Below, piece after piece: positions 17,970 to 36,900 of a stretch of 64,000 nucleotides of DNA (its first letter is position 1; the number at the start of each line of letters is the position of its first letter). The position numbers and the translations under genes are program-made. Origin of the DNA: Chrysomallon squamiferum (taxonomy: Eukaryota; Animalia; Mollusca); the NCBI GenBank assembly GCA_012295275.1, contig CM022672.1, positions 12,772,001-12,836,000 of the forward strand. Direction: 5' to 3'. The notes under the pieces were generated by a model. The model saw only the letters and a program-made list of their open reading frames with translations. It did not search any database and was not told where the DNA came from.

Positions 17970-18803
17970 ACCTTTTTTTTTTTTTTTTTTTTTTTTCACA
18001 CGAAAACAAACAACAATTATATAAATGTATTGACCTGCGGATTGATTGGTTGAACAGCTGATGGATCTACGGATGGATCGGCTGATTGACGAATCAATTT
18101 GAATGGCCAATTAAATTAATAATTAAAAAATGATAAACATACTATACGAACCCACTTTCAGACACTACTAACCCGGTTATGGTGTCTCATTTCAATTTAA
18201 TTTTTTTTAATTTAATTAATTTAATTACTTTTTTTTTTTTTTTTTTATAGTCCTAGCTTCAGGATTTATAACATCTTTTAAATTAAAATAAAATGTAAAT
18301 AAGTTAACTACATTTATGTTCTTATTTGTTTTAGTTGCAGGTTTTTTTTATAATATCTTTTAAAACAATAAAAAGACCATTGGCAAAAAAAAAAAAAAAC
18401 AGTTTGGACCACGTGGACCATAAGGAAGCAGCCAAAAAAGGAACAACAACAGCAGCCAAAAAAAAACAACAACAGCAGCCAAAAAGAAACAACGACAGCA
18501 GCCAAGAGCAGAACAACCAGGACGGCAAACAACACAGACCCGGTGATGGCTGAGAGATTGTGCCGGATATCACGGGGGGCGGATTGCGGCTGCGATACAT
18601 CCGTACCGACTCGTTACGATCCGATATGCTGGACATTTCCTTGTGTCCTGCAATCGTGGCGAGAATCCATTCTTTTCCCTACCCAAAACTCTTTTCTGCG
18701 ACGGACGCGCCCGCTGACCTGCCAGAAGGCGTGCCCGTCGCAGACGTGCTTCACAACAGCTTGCTCTGATTAGCACGTTAATTTTTTTCCAATTCCAATT
18801 CCA

Positions 18804-18812
18804 ATCAAGGAA
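18804..18812 (+). repeat. Right target-site duplication ATCAAGGAA
   Basis: Follows the TTCCAA tail; downstream gactgcggaaagattt... resumes the sequence seen at 69 onward. Confidence 0.95.
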
Positions 18813-19195
18813 GACTGCGGAAAGATTTCTAAGAAAGAGGAAGCAGTCATTGTTACACTTTTAAGATGTAAAATAAACACAGACTGCGTGAAAGTTAAGG
18901 GAAATGGCGTCACTCTTTGGGGATTATGGGATTGCTGTGTTGTTGAGAAAACAGCTTTTGTAAGATCGAAATGTTTAAGCTTAGTGAAAGATTAAAGAAG
19001 AGCGTGAGTGAATAAAATAAACAGACAGACAGACAGACATATAAATTATATATATATATAGATTTACAGACAGATATTCAGACAGATAGATACGGACACA
19101 GAGACTGAGTGAGAAGTGTGTGAGAGACGGACAGATAGAGTGAGAAATGAGTATGCGTGAAAGAAGTATATAGAAAGACAATTGTGTGTGTGTGC

Positions 19196-19300
<105 letters not shown>

Positions 19301-19594
19301 ATATTTAAGATGATATGGGTTGAAATGCTATGGTTATCATTACAATCGATTGCCTATTATTTCCGTTTTTCAAAATAATGTTTCAATGTCAAAGATAAAG
19401 ATGAAGGATATCAGTTAATTTAACACGTCTGTGGTAGCTCTTTTTGATTATATGCTTTAACTGTGGTTAATCGAAACATCAAACTGGTTAATCGCTCTAC
19501 TGACAGGTGAATTATTTTCTAAATCTAATTTAAAAAAAAAAAATTTAGCTGGACGTGTCGATTACAACTGACGTTAGATTAAAAATATTAAACA

Positions 19595-19673
<79 letters not shown>

Positions 19674-21572
19674 GGTTCCATATGTGTATACAGTGTATAT
19701 ATATATATAAGTATGTATGTATGTTTGTTTGTATGTATATATTTATGTGTTTCTTTGTATATATATATATATATATATGAATATACAGCTGCATATATTA
19801 ATATATGTTTTTTAATTAATTACAAATTTAAAAAACTGACGTCAGATTTGGCTGTATGTAACCCAAGCGGCAGACCAAATACGACAGATCTAACCATCCG
19901 TAAGATAGAGATAGTAATGAAACAATGACGTATCTTTATTTATTTATTTAATAATAATAATAATAAGAAGAAGAAGAAGAACAACAACAACAACAAAATT
20001 AAGAAGAAGAATAACAACAACAACAACAACAAAAAAAGAAAGAAAATATATAAATATTACCAAGAAAGTAATTAACAAATAAATAAATAAATAAAATAAA
20101 CAAATAAAAATAAAATGAAAATACGACAGAAACCATCCGAAAATATATAATAAACAATGACGTATCTTTTAAATAATAATAATAACAAGAAGAAGAAGAA
20201 ACAACAACCAAATAAATAAAAAGAAATAAATATAAACGAAATAAAAATAAAAATAAAAAAAAAGACACGATAGAAAAAAATAAATAAGATAAACACAACA
20301 TCTTCTGGACTTCATAAACTAATGATAGACAAATTCAACACGTTCACAGACTTTCTCACAAACGAATTTAGTTTTTAATTATCTTAATCATCGTGTTCCG
20401 ACTGATCGAGCAGACTGAGTTTAATGCGGCGAATTCCACGACACCAAATAAAAAACGTTTCAGGCTTTTTACGTTTAGTACAAACTAATTTACTGAAAAA
20501 TTCCTTTATTATTATTCTATTTACAATCACTTAACACTGACGTGGGTTCCTGCCATACATGAACAACCAGTCGCTCCGTAACAGAGAATCTGGTGATTTC
20601 GATCAATAGTTTATACATTAAGTGAAGCTTTTTTCTTTTTTCATAAGCAGCGACTCAAATATTTGCATTTCAGTGTAGATTTCTGCACGTTTCTACAGCA
20701 GCATACACATAAATGAGATATATGTGCATATATGAGGGTATTAATAAATACAGAATTGTATTTAGTATTTATCGTATTTCCATATCACTAATATCAACTC
20801 AGAGAAGCTTCTGTTAAAATCTACATTTCGTGATACGAAGAAATCATCAGAATATATATTATAATATATTATATAATAAGAAATATTTAATCTTTTTACA
20901 AAAGAATTGGAAGAGAAACATAACTTGTAATTATATAGAATCGATATACTTACAACTTATTCTTTTTTTCTTCCTCTTTTTAAAAAAAAAATAAATAAAT
21001 AAAAATAAAAATAAAAATATTAGTACATTGTCGAAAACAAAAGAAGAAAAAAGGATCTGAATAAATTTCTGGGCGCCGCCATTTGTTATAAAAATCGCGA
21101 CATCAGGATGTACCGATTTTCCTTCGTTTTCTCTAGCGTTGTCATGAGAAACGCGATGACGTCACGTCTATAGCTGTAAATGGTTAAATTGGCGGCGTAC
21201 AAATTCTTTTTTAACAGTATTATTTTATTGTAATAACTACGATTAAATAAAACAGATCATTTTTAATTTCTGCAGAACATTGACATTCTGAGTTTTTATG
21301 GGTTTTTAAAACAAGTTTTATTTATTTATCGTAAATTTTTTAATTATAATTTTTAGCCGTTTTTGTTGTTTACGTTTTGGAGCCTGATTATAATTTATTT
21401 ATCATTGTTTACTTAAAGTTTTGCTTGTAACCATCTTTTACAAATGGGTAATAAATAGATAGATAGATAGATAGATAGATAAATAAATAAATAAAAGCGG
21501 AAATAAAAATAAATAATTGTGTATTATTTATGGGAGTAAACATTTTACATAGCTACGTAAATAAAACAACCC

Positions 21573-21619
<47 letters not shown>

Positions 21620-21884
21620 TTGACTGAAAAACATTGATTTGTTAATCATAGTTTACTTAATAAGACACAGATTATGAAAAATTCTTTATATAATTATACA
21701 TTATTAACATTTTTATTGCATTTACACAAGCACAAGAAATTAATTACAAACTATATTTTTTATTCTTAATATTTATAAATAAACTGCATTTTTATTATTC
21801 ACATACAGGAACATATCGTCTTCATATTAGGTAATCTTTCAAAATGACCTAATATTGATATCATAATGGATTCTAAAATGTAGC

Positions 21885-27472
<5,588 letters not shown>

Positions 27473-27924
27473 TAAAATGACTGCTGTTTCCGAAGGGTTA
27501 TTTTTTAACGTATATTCTAAAAACAAAACAAAATATGTTTGTTTTATGGTTTAGATATGTTATATATAAACCTTTTTTTTTTCTTTTCCTTTCATTAAAT
27601 ATTGTGTTTCAGAAGAGCAGACATGAACAAACAGCACATGATTATGGAAAAGCTTTTTGTTGACGCGTACGTTCTTAACAATGGAATACTTGAAGTGTGT
27701 AACTGTTCACATGCCAATAATGGACGACAGAAATATGTACTGGACCAAGCATGTCCAGCTTGACTTTCACCTTTTCTACCACAAGGTCAATGAATAAATA
27801 ATAATCTCTAGGGACATCATAAAGACATTTACAGTACGATCTCTTTTGTTACTCTACGTACTTTCCGATATCACTTAACTATCTCTGATTTCACTCTCTA
27901 GAAGTATATATGTATATGTGTGTG

Positions 27925-27977
<53 letters not shown>

Positions 27978-29818
27978 TTATATGTGTATATATGTGTGTG
28001 TGTGTGTATGAGTGTTTGTGTATGAGTGTGTGTACACATACACACACAAACATTACACAAAGAAACACACATATTGTACGCGACAAAAATATGAGTAAGT
28101 ATGAATTCACAACACTAATTATATATATATATTTATATGCATTTAAGAAATAAAAATTAAATAGTTCAAACATTATTATTGGTTATTCACATATTATCGA
28201 TTGATGTTACAAAATATAAGAATAAGTAACAAAATACAAATAAATAAATAAAGATAAATAAATGAATAACGCAAAGTCAATAAAGAGATTATTTAAACTA
28301 TAATAATCACTATCAATCTGTAAATAAATAAATAGCAAAAAGCTATTTCATTCTTATTCAGCAGTATTATAAATATAATTATACTCTAATCAATCAATTT
28401 GATTCTTTTTATAAATTACTTGCTGCTATTTCAATCACACTGTTTAGTTGTGTCTTCGTCAAGCAATGTCCTGCGAATCCATTCAGACTTGTAATAGAGA
28501 CTGATTGAATTCTTTGACAATATTAACAAAATCAAACCGTGAAGTTAATTAATATTGCTTACATTAACAAACATGCACGAGAATAATCAAACAATTAAAA
28601 CCGGTGACTAATGATGATCAGATGAACATGTATGCTGTATTGAAACTGTATGTCATTAGGATAATACAAAAGAGATATAAATGCATCCGTGTATGCTCAG
28701 TCGTTATTTTGTGGAAATAACCTTTAAATGTAAAGAATACACAATGGATATTTGAAATAACATTAATGTACATAATAGCGATATCGTTTATGAAATTATT
28801 AATCATGTTTATTTACTTTGCATCATTCTAATCACATGCACAAAGAATAAAGTTTTAAATTAGTATTCATTATTAAAGGGCAGTCGTGTTTTGGTATTTA
28901 TGTTAAAAACCGTATGTAAATGCATGGATGGATGAATGTATAATACTGGATATTAAGTTTCAGACAGAGATCAGATTATGAGTATATCGATGCCCAGTGT
29001 ATATTTCGGTAGCATCAAAACTGATAAGATGATAAAAAGCTGTATCACTCGAATGCTGTATTCAATACCAGTGTTCAATAAAACATACACGTTAATATAT
29101 AATTTCTTGAATGTTAATTGTTTTAAATATTACTTCGGCTGCTGTTTTTAATTCATATTATTGTTTTCTTCTTGCTAAACTTGTAACACACACATACACA
29201 CACACAGAGATATATATATCTATATCTGTCTATCTATCTATCTATGTATGTATATATATATATATATAGTTAATGACATCTTTTTATCCATCTAACATAA
29301 AGGAAACAAAACCAAACAAACAAATATTAACAAAAAAATCCACCAAAGCATAACATCAGATAACCACTATTTATTTCTTTCTTTTCCGAATTAATACAGT
29401 GGTATCTATTTCAATAAGATAAAAATACAATGAAAATAACTCTTGTTATATGAATACATATTTTCAAAATTAAAATAATAAAAATAAAAATAAAAATTTC
29501 TTATAAAATTATTATAAAGAACATAAGATTCTGTTTGCCAGAAAGCTAAATAAAGAGATAGGAGTTTCTGGCAGCTTCAGAAAATATAGACATAATTCAG
29601 TTTCTATTTTCAGTTTTATTTTCAGTTTTCATGGATCTAGATCTGAGGGTGGAGAGCAGACATCTGCAACCAGCACATTTTCTGTATTTCAAACTCATCG
29701 TTTTCTATCTTTGTAGGTACCTAGCTTTGATAAAGTATAAAAATTTACAAGGCCTTGCGATAAAAAAAATCCTTGATACAATGAAGATAACAGTAATGAT
29801 TTATTTAGTGTAATTAAC

Positions 29819-29916
<98 letters not shown>

Positions 29917-30993
29917 AGTATGTCTGAAACAAAATATGAATGGGCCTAGACTACATATATGAACTAAAATATATACATATACTACTAATTTAAATTTAAG
30001 AAATATAAACCTTTTATGAACAAAAGGTTTGTACATAAACTCTTATGTATCAATATTAATAATCCTAACATTTAAGGCAACTTTCAACATTAACTTCTTA
30101 ATATTCATGAACAAATCAGCAAAAAATTTAACAACTAAACCAAATCAAGTCTTTCATGTCTTAGTATAATCTTTTATTATTATTCTTTTTTATATCTTAA
30201 TTAGAAACACCAGCTATGATTATTATTGTTAAGATTGTTAAAGACGTTCTTTATTGAAAAAGGAGTTATTAAAGAAAGAACCATGTCCTTTATGTTTTGT
30301 CATAAATATTTTGATATTTGTCTTTTTCTTTCAAATTAATTATTGCTAATGATTGTCCTTACTGGAAAATATGTTGATGAATTATAATTATGCAGATACA
30401 AATCACCTTTATGTCCTATAATAAATATTTTTACATTATCTCTTTTGAAAACTAATTAAAGTATAGCTATTATTTTTGTGAATGATATTCTCCTAGGCAA
30501 AAAAAAATTAAAATTAAAAAAAAAAAATAAAAAAAAAAATAATAATAAAAAAAAACAAAAAATAAAAAAATAAATAAAAATAAATAAATAAATATTGGAA
30601 GATCTTTATGCATCAACAAATATCCTTTATGATACAGAATAATAATAATTATTATTTTATACTAAATTAATTTAATAAAGCAAAGACTATTGAGGCCATT
30701 AGATCTTGATAATGGTATTATCTACTCATAAAAATATTGCTACAGGAATAATTATACATATCTATAATGATCTTTAATATCAGAATTTTACTGTTTATTA
30801 TATATTTATTTTAAATTAGCAAAATACATCTAGATTTCTTGTGGTCTTGTAAATAGCAATTAATACTGACAAGTGTAGTTTGGGGAACAACTATACCTAT
30901 CTGTAATAATCTTTAATATCAACATAAATTATTACTAATTAATTAATTTATTGCTTGTTTTTTTTTAAAGAATTAACTAAAGTACAGCTATGA

Positions 30994-33900
30994 TTATTGT
31001 GGTCCATTAGTTATTGTAAACAGTCTTCCCTGTTGAATAAGGAGTTGTAAGAGTTCTCTGGAAGTGTCTAAGGATATTGTTGGTTCTATTGACTCTCCAC
31101 TGCTGTTTCTGCTTCTGCTGTCACAGTCAGACATGGTCAGTGGTGAACAGCTGAAGTCAAAGTCCAGAGTTCTGGACAAGTCATCACTTGAAAGAAAATG
31201 CTGAAGCTTCACTGAATCCATGACTGGTGATCCAGGCTGTAAGAACAGTGGACTGTTTGTGTTGGGTTCCACACTGTATTGTACCTGTTGTCTTCCAGAC
31301 TTAGAGTCTGTATTTGTGAATGATGTTGTTTCTGCTGGTGGACTGCTTTTTTCTGGCAACTGCTTGTGATTATTAAGACTGGTTGATGTGAGTGGGTGTG
31401 AGATGGCTGGAAAATTCTGAGATCTGCTGTTATTTTTTGTACTGCTGCTGTAAACAGACTGACAAGAGGAGAGACTGCTGACCACCGTTGTGACCACTGC
31501 ATCAAACTGTCCTCTGGACAATGTTTGTGGAGCTTGCTTTTCAGCTTCAGATTCTGCAGGTGTATTGTAACTGGCTGAGTAGAGATTTGATGAGGAGCCA
31601 ACAGTGTTGGAAACTGATGCAGCTTTTGCTGTTGGCTTGGTCAGGTGGTCATTTGAATCACTGATTTGATTGTTTGACTTTTGGATGCTCTGACTGTCTG
31701 GTGAAACAACTGCATGAGATACACTGCTGACTAAAGGGGGGTAACTTGGCTGGATGTGGCCTAGATTTATCATCTCCTGGATTTGTTGCAGGTTCACCGG
31801 ATTGACTATCTGAATCCTTGTCCCACCAGTAATGTATGGAAGAGTTGATGGTGGAACTTGCTCTGGCTGAGTTACACTCAGTGATTTGTTTGCAGTTGAA
31901 GTTAATGAGGAGACTAAGTTAGCAGACAGCTGAGGATTTTCGTTATTTGAAAACACTGAAGTCACTGGAAACTGCAGGGTTGTATTAGGTGCTGTGTTGT
32001 TGACTACCATCACTGGCACCGTCATTCCTCCAGTTCTGCTGCTTGAGGAGAGAGAAAATGCTTGGTTCTGTTTCTGTGATGCCACAGACTCTGGTTTAGA
32101 ATTCTGAGGGATGTTTTGATTCTGATTTAACTGAACTGATTTACTGAGGACTGTAGATGTTGGAAGTACTGAGACAGGAAAACTCTGACTTTGTGGAATA
32201 TTTTGTAAGAACATGAATGGTACAGATGTACTGTTATTGAAATTAGTTTCTTTCTTTTCATTTTGTCCTTCTGTGTTTTTTCCTGAGGCGAGCACCACAG
32301 GTGCTGATGCAACAGGAATCTGAATCAGCTGACTCTGTGTTCCGTTGTGTAGAATGACAAAAGGAAAAGTTGCAATATTTTTCTGAGCCTCGACTACCTG
32401 CTCAGTGCTAGTGGTGCTGGTTGAGGCTGTCTGAGTGACTGTGTGTTGAGACGAGACTCTGGGAGGAACACACAATTGAGCTGGTTTTTGTGTAGCCACT
32501 TTACTTCCAGTCTGAGATGATGGTCTAGTCTCACTAGTGACCTTGCTGTGTTTGAGACTAACGTGAGAGGCAGGTACTGAAATCAAAGTTGATACATGAT
32601 GTTGTTTTCCTGCTGCATTTCCTTCTGTTATATTCTGCAGAGCGAGAGAGAGAGAGAAATTTTAATTTTTTTTACAACTATTAATTATTAACACCACTTA
32701 TAAAACACAACAAATGAATAACATCTTAGAATAAAAATACAGCTTCATTATAATTAGCATATAATTAATTAATTTCCAGCATATAACAACATATAACAAG
32801 TCATGTTAAAAATTAATATGACTGCCTTCATAAGTTACATCTTGGTATCTTTGAATAAGAATATAACTAATTACTAATTATACCACTGAGTTAAAAAAAA
32901 AAAAAAAAAATAAAATAAAATAAAATTATTACAACTTTCAGTTTTTGCCAGTAAACTACTATTCCTGGCAATGTATTCCCCCAAACTCTTTTCTAACATA
33001 ATTTTCTAAACAAATGAAGTCTTTTCTCAAGACTTTAGTTTGAACTTGGTGAGGAAGTAAAACAAAAAAGAACAACAGCTACTTACTTGAACTGACGGAC
33101 ACTGCTGAGTCAGACTCTGTCTGTTTTGTGTGACAGGAGAAAAAATCTGCTGTGATCCACTCAGAGTGAATGTTGTGTGTGGGACTTGCCTGGAGCTGTT
33201 TGATCTAGACACTTCTGAAGCTGGAACTGGCTGAGATTTAGGCACCTGTCTTAGCAAAGGGCGAGGAGCTGGAAGAGATGTAGAAAAAGGTGCCAGGATG
33301 CTGCTGTCTGATTTAGACAACTGCTGAAACACTCCAGGCTTTGCTATCTGTTGAACAACATCTTGCTGAGGTGCAACTGGTTCAGCTATTACCTGAGGTG
33401 GTGTCAGTGTAGTTGTTGCCAATTTAGGCATTTTCTTAAACAGCAACTCTTGTGACACATTTGTCTTGATCAGCTGATGGTGTTGAGTATTCTGTGATCT
33501 GTTCTGTACATGAAACACAGAGTTCTCTGTTGTCTTTGACTTGATCAGCTCTTGGCTGTCTGTTAACTGATAAGATCCATGTGTGGTGGAAGTCTTCTGC
33601 AGCATCATCGAGTCTGACACATCATGATTTGGTAGCTGCTGCTGCTGCTGCTGCTGAATCAACTCATCAGGCACAGACAACTGTTGAAGCAGTGCCTGAG
33701 ATGATTCATCAGATTGATTCATGTCCTGAATCAGTGTGTGCTTCAACAGCTGTGCCTGAACTAGTCGCTGTTGTTCTTGTATGTTTTTCTGCTTTTGTAG
33801 TAGCTGCTGTTGTAGCTGCAGTAACCTTTCACGTTGCATATCAGACTGAAACAAACACAATTTAATCACTAGATTTGGAATGTTACAATATTCATTATAA

Positions 33901-36900
33901 ATAATTTTCATTATTCTAAAGGTATCTATTAATTTTCATTGCAATGACCTACACAACAAGCAATAATGCAGTTTTTTGAAAATTTGCCTAAAAGATTTTT
34001 TATAAAATAAATATTTAAAATTATCATTCAGTACAACTTTCTGAAAGACATAGTTAATACTCACAGACAAGGAGAGTGGGTCACTTTCTGCAGAGGTCAC
34101 TGTCTGATCTGAACAACATGTTGTAGAACTGACCTCTGGCTCCTGATTAGACAGGTCAGTGCAATGACTGACTGTAGAAACTGGAGTGTCTGGATGGTCA
34201 ACATCTGTCGTATTACCTGAAAACATATGGAATTCTGATGTCAAACAAAATGCTATTATTTATGAGATATATCATTACATTAAGATCTTTTGATGAAATA
34301 GAGAAAAATAATCAGCAGAAAATCATTCTATGATGGTATGAACAAACTGCATAAATACAGTGTGTATTTTTCCAGTGATAATTTATTTTTGTTTACTTAA
34401 GTGGATCCCATCAATTACATACCTTGCCTAAAACAAAAATGTAAGCAATCATTTTCCTTTCCCACTATAGATAGTGTCACAATCTAGATCAAACATGGCT
34501 AGCTTTTCACAGTGCATACAACTTAAATGGAGAAAAAGTTTCTGAATATCTAAAACTCTATCATATTCCATGTCCTATAATTTGGTTCAAGTTAGGGTCC
34601 AGAATAAATTTTTTTATCTTCTTACCAGTGTCGTCACTTGTTGAGCCAGTTTTTCCCCTCAGTGTACAGGTGAGCCAATATTTGCGAAGACCATGCATGG
34701 GTGGCTCCCTCTCCCCACCCGTCTCTTTCATCTGATCATTAACCTTACTAACAGTGCTTGTACTGCATCCTGTTACCATGGAAATGAACTTGTAGCAGTT
34801 CTGGCGTATTCCACCTGAAACAGGAAATTTTTTATTTTATTTTAAATTATTGTTATGTTATATTATATTATATTATATTATATTATATTATATTATATTA
34901 TATTATATTATATTATATTATATTATATTTCATTTCATTTCATTTTTTTGTTTTTTTTTTTGTTCCTTTAAGTATATTTTCCAAAACCCCACAAATGGAA
35001 GAAATTAAGAATGATTTTTAAAATGTAGCAAATCTTTGATGTTATGAATTTCAGTTATCAGTGTATTTTGGACTGAACAGATTTCTCACTGGAAGTACTC
35101 ACCGACTGGTGTGAGCATTTCTGCGAGAACTCTGCGAGCCTCAGCCTGTCCAGTCTGTGCTCGCTCACGCCACTGCTCCACCAACACCTGATGTGTTAGA
35201 GACATCTAAACCAGAACACAAAAATACTCATCAGAAAAAACACAAATAATGATAAATGTTTCTCTCATAATCCAAAAAAATACTATTACATAAATATATT
35301 TTTATTCATTTTCAACAATATGCAATATACAAGGACATGTTACATCAAATGAACTTTATTTAGGTTCAAGCTGGAAGAAAGATTAAGGAGACTTCATGAG
35401 CCATACTAATGAATAAACATAAATACAGGTGTTAGAAATGTTTACATAAATTAAAAATATAAATATTAAAATGTCCAGTTTGCTCTGAGAACCACAAACA
35501 AGACTTTACATAATTGATATTTCTTGTTTTTTAATATTATAGTAATAAACAGTGATTCATAAAATCATAAATTAATCAAACATTATTGTTGGTTCTCTTT
35601 AAAAAAATGTTAATATAACCAATTTGCATTAATTTTTATTCTACTGTCAATAAAGAAAGTTTACTTTAAACAACTTCATGTTTATTTAGTAAATGGAATG
35701 ACATTTTGTATACAAATAAAAGCTTTTGATTTCAGTTACTGTAAATTTAGATGTTTGCTGAAAAGACAAAATGTAATTGGTCAATTTATGTAAAGAGTGT
35801 GCATGTATTCTTGCATCTGTGTACTCAAATATCTCCTAGGAATTTCCAACCAAACAAAAGTGAGTGTTGAAAACAAAATGGCAGCTAAGATTATTTGGAA
35901 ATGTGTGTTTACATTTTGTCATAGATTAACATTGTTGTTTCTTAATGATTCACATAAACAGTTAAGCAGAATAGCATTGTATGTATATTAAAAAAATAAA
36001 AAATAAAAAATAATTCTGTAATGTGACATTGACATTTTATATGACAATACAGAAAAATGTAAATTCAGTTTAAGATAACCAATTCTACAATTTCATCCAC
36101 AATTCCATTTTTTGTGGAAAATTTCCAATTCTTTTATTCTGTCTGCAATTTTGTGCTTTGTGCAAAATTTACAATTATTTTATTCTATCTGCAATTTTGT
36201 GTTTTGTGGAAAATTTACAATTCTGTTATTCTGTCTGCAGTTACACATTTGCTGTAACTCTACTTACCCTGACACACTTGTCAATGCAGCAGGAATGTTT
36301 GAACAGTTCTGTTATTGGTATCAGCTGTCCCAGCGCACACTTCCCTCTCACTCGCTCAATGCGACAACCACGCTAATGTGAAACAGAATCAGATCATATT
36401 TATACTATTATCACACTAACAACATACTTTTATATTTAATACAGATAAAGGTAGTTTATTTTTTAATGATTATTAGGTACATAAAGATGAAAAAGAATAT
36501 GTTAAACAAAATTGGGTGGTCAAATAAAATTAACTTTGATAAAAAATAAATATCAAAAATGTCTTATATGAAACTGATAATTAATTATTTAAATGTATTG
36601 ATTTGTTTATTAACTTTTGTGAGAATAATGAAAATGAGGAATATTTTAATAAGAGATATGAGACACTGATAAAGAAAGCAAGAGAGTTAGTGGCAGAATG
36701 AAAGCAAAAAGAATTTTTTTTTAAATGAAAGAGTTACAGAACAAGAGATTTGAAGGTGAAACCAAAGACAAAAAAAATATTTGAGAATGATAGAGGACAG
36801 AAGAAATAAACTAAATTTACCTCTTCTGTTTTCAGTTTCTTGTGAAGGAAGTTGTTTGAGTAACAGAGAACTTTTTGTGTGGCCCTTTCACACAGCTCAA

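Larger units (their letters stand above)
12128..18803 (+). mobile_element. Full-length non-LTR retrotransposon (LINE), I group (I/Nimb/Loa-like), ~6.68 kb
   Basis: Flanked by a 9-bp TSD; ~490-nt 5' UTR; ORF1 with three CCHC-type knuckles; ORF2 APE-RT-RNase H-CCHC; long 3' region; (TTCCAA)3 tail at 18787-18804; strongly A/C-rich sense strand. Exact clade needs an RT tree. Confidence 0.95.

Noticed and set aside
18582-18630. Kazal-inhibitor-like look of CGCDTSVPTRYDPIC
   Set aside because: Lacks the following G-x-D/N-x-x-T-Y-x-N-x-C pattern and the Kazal Cys spacing; not called as a domain.
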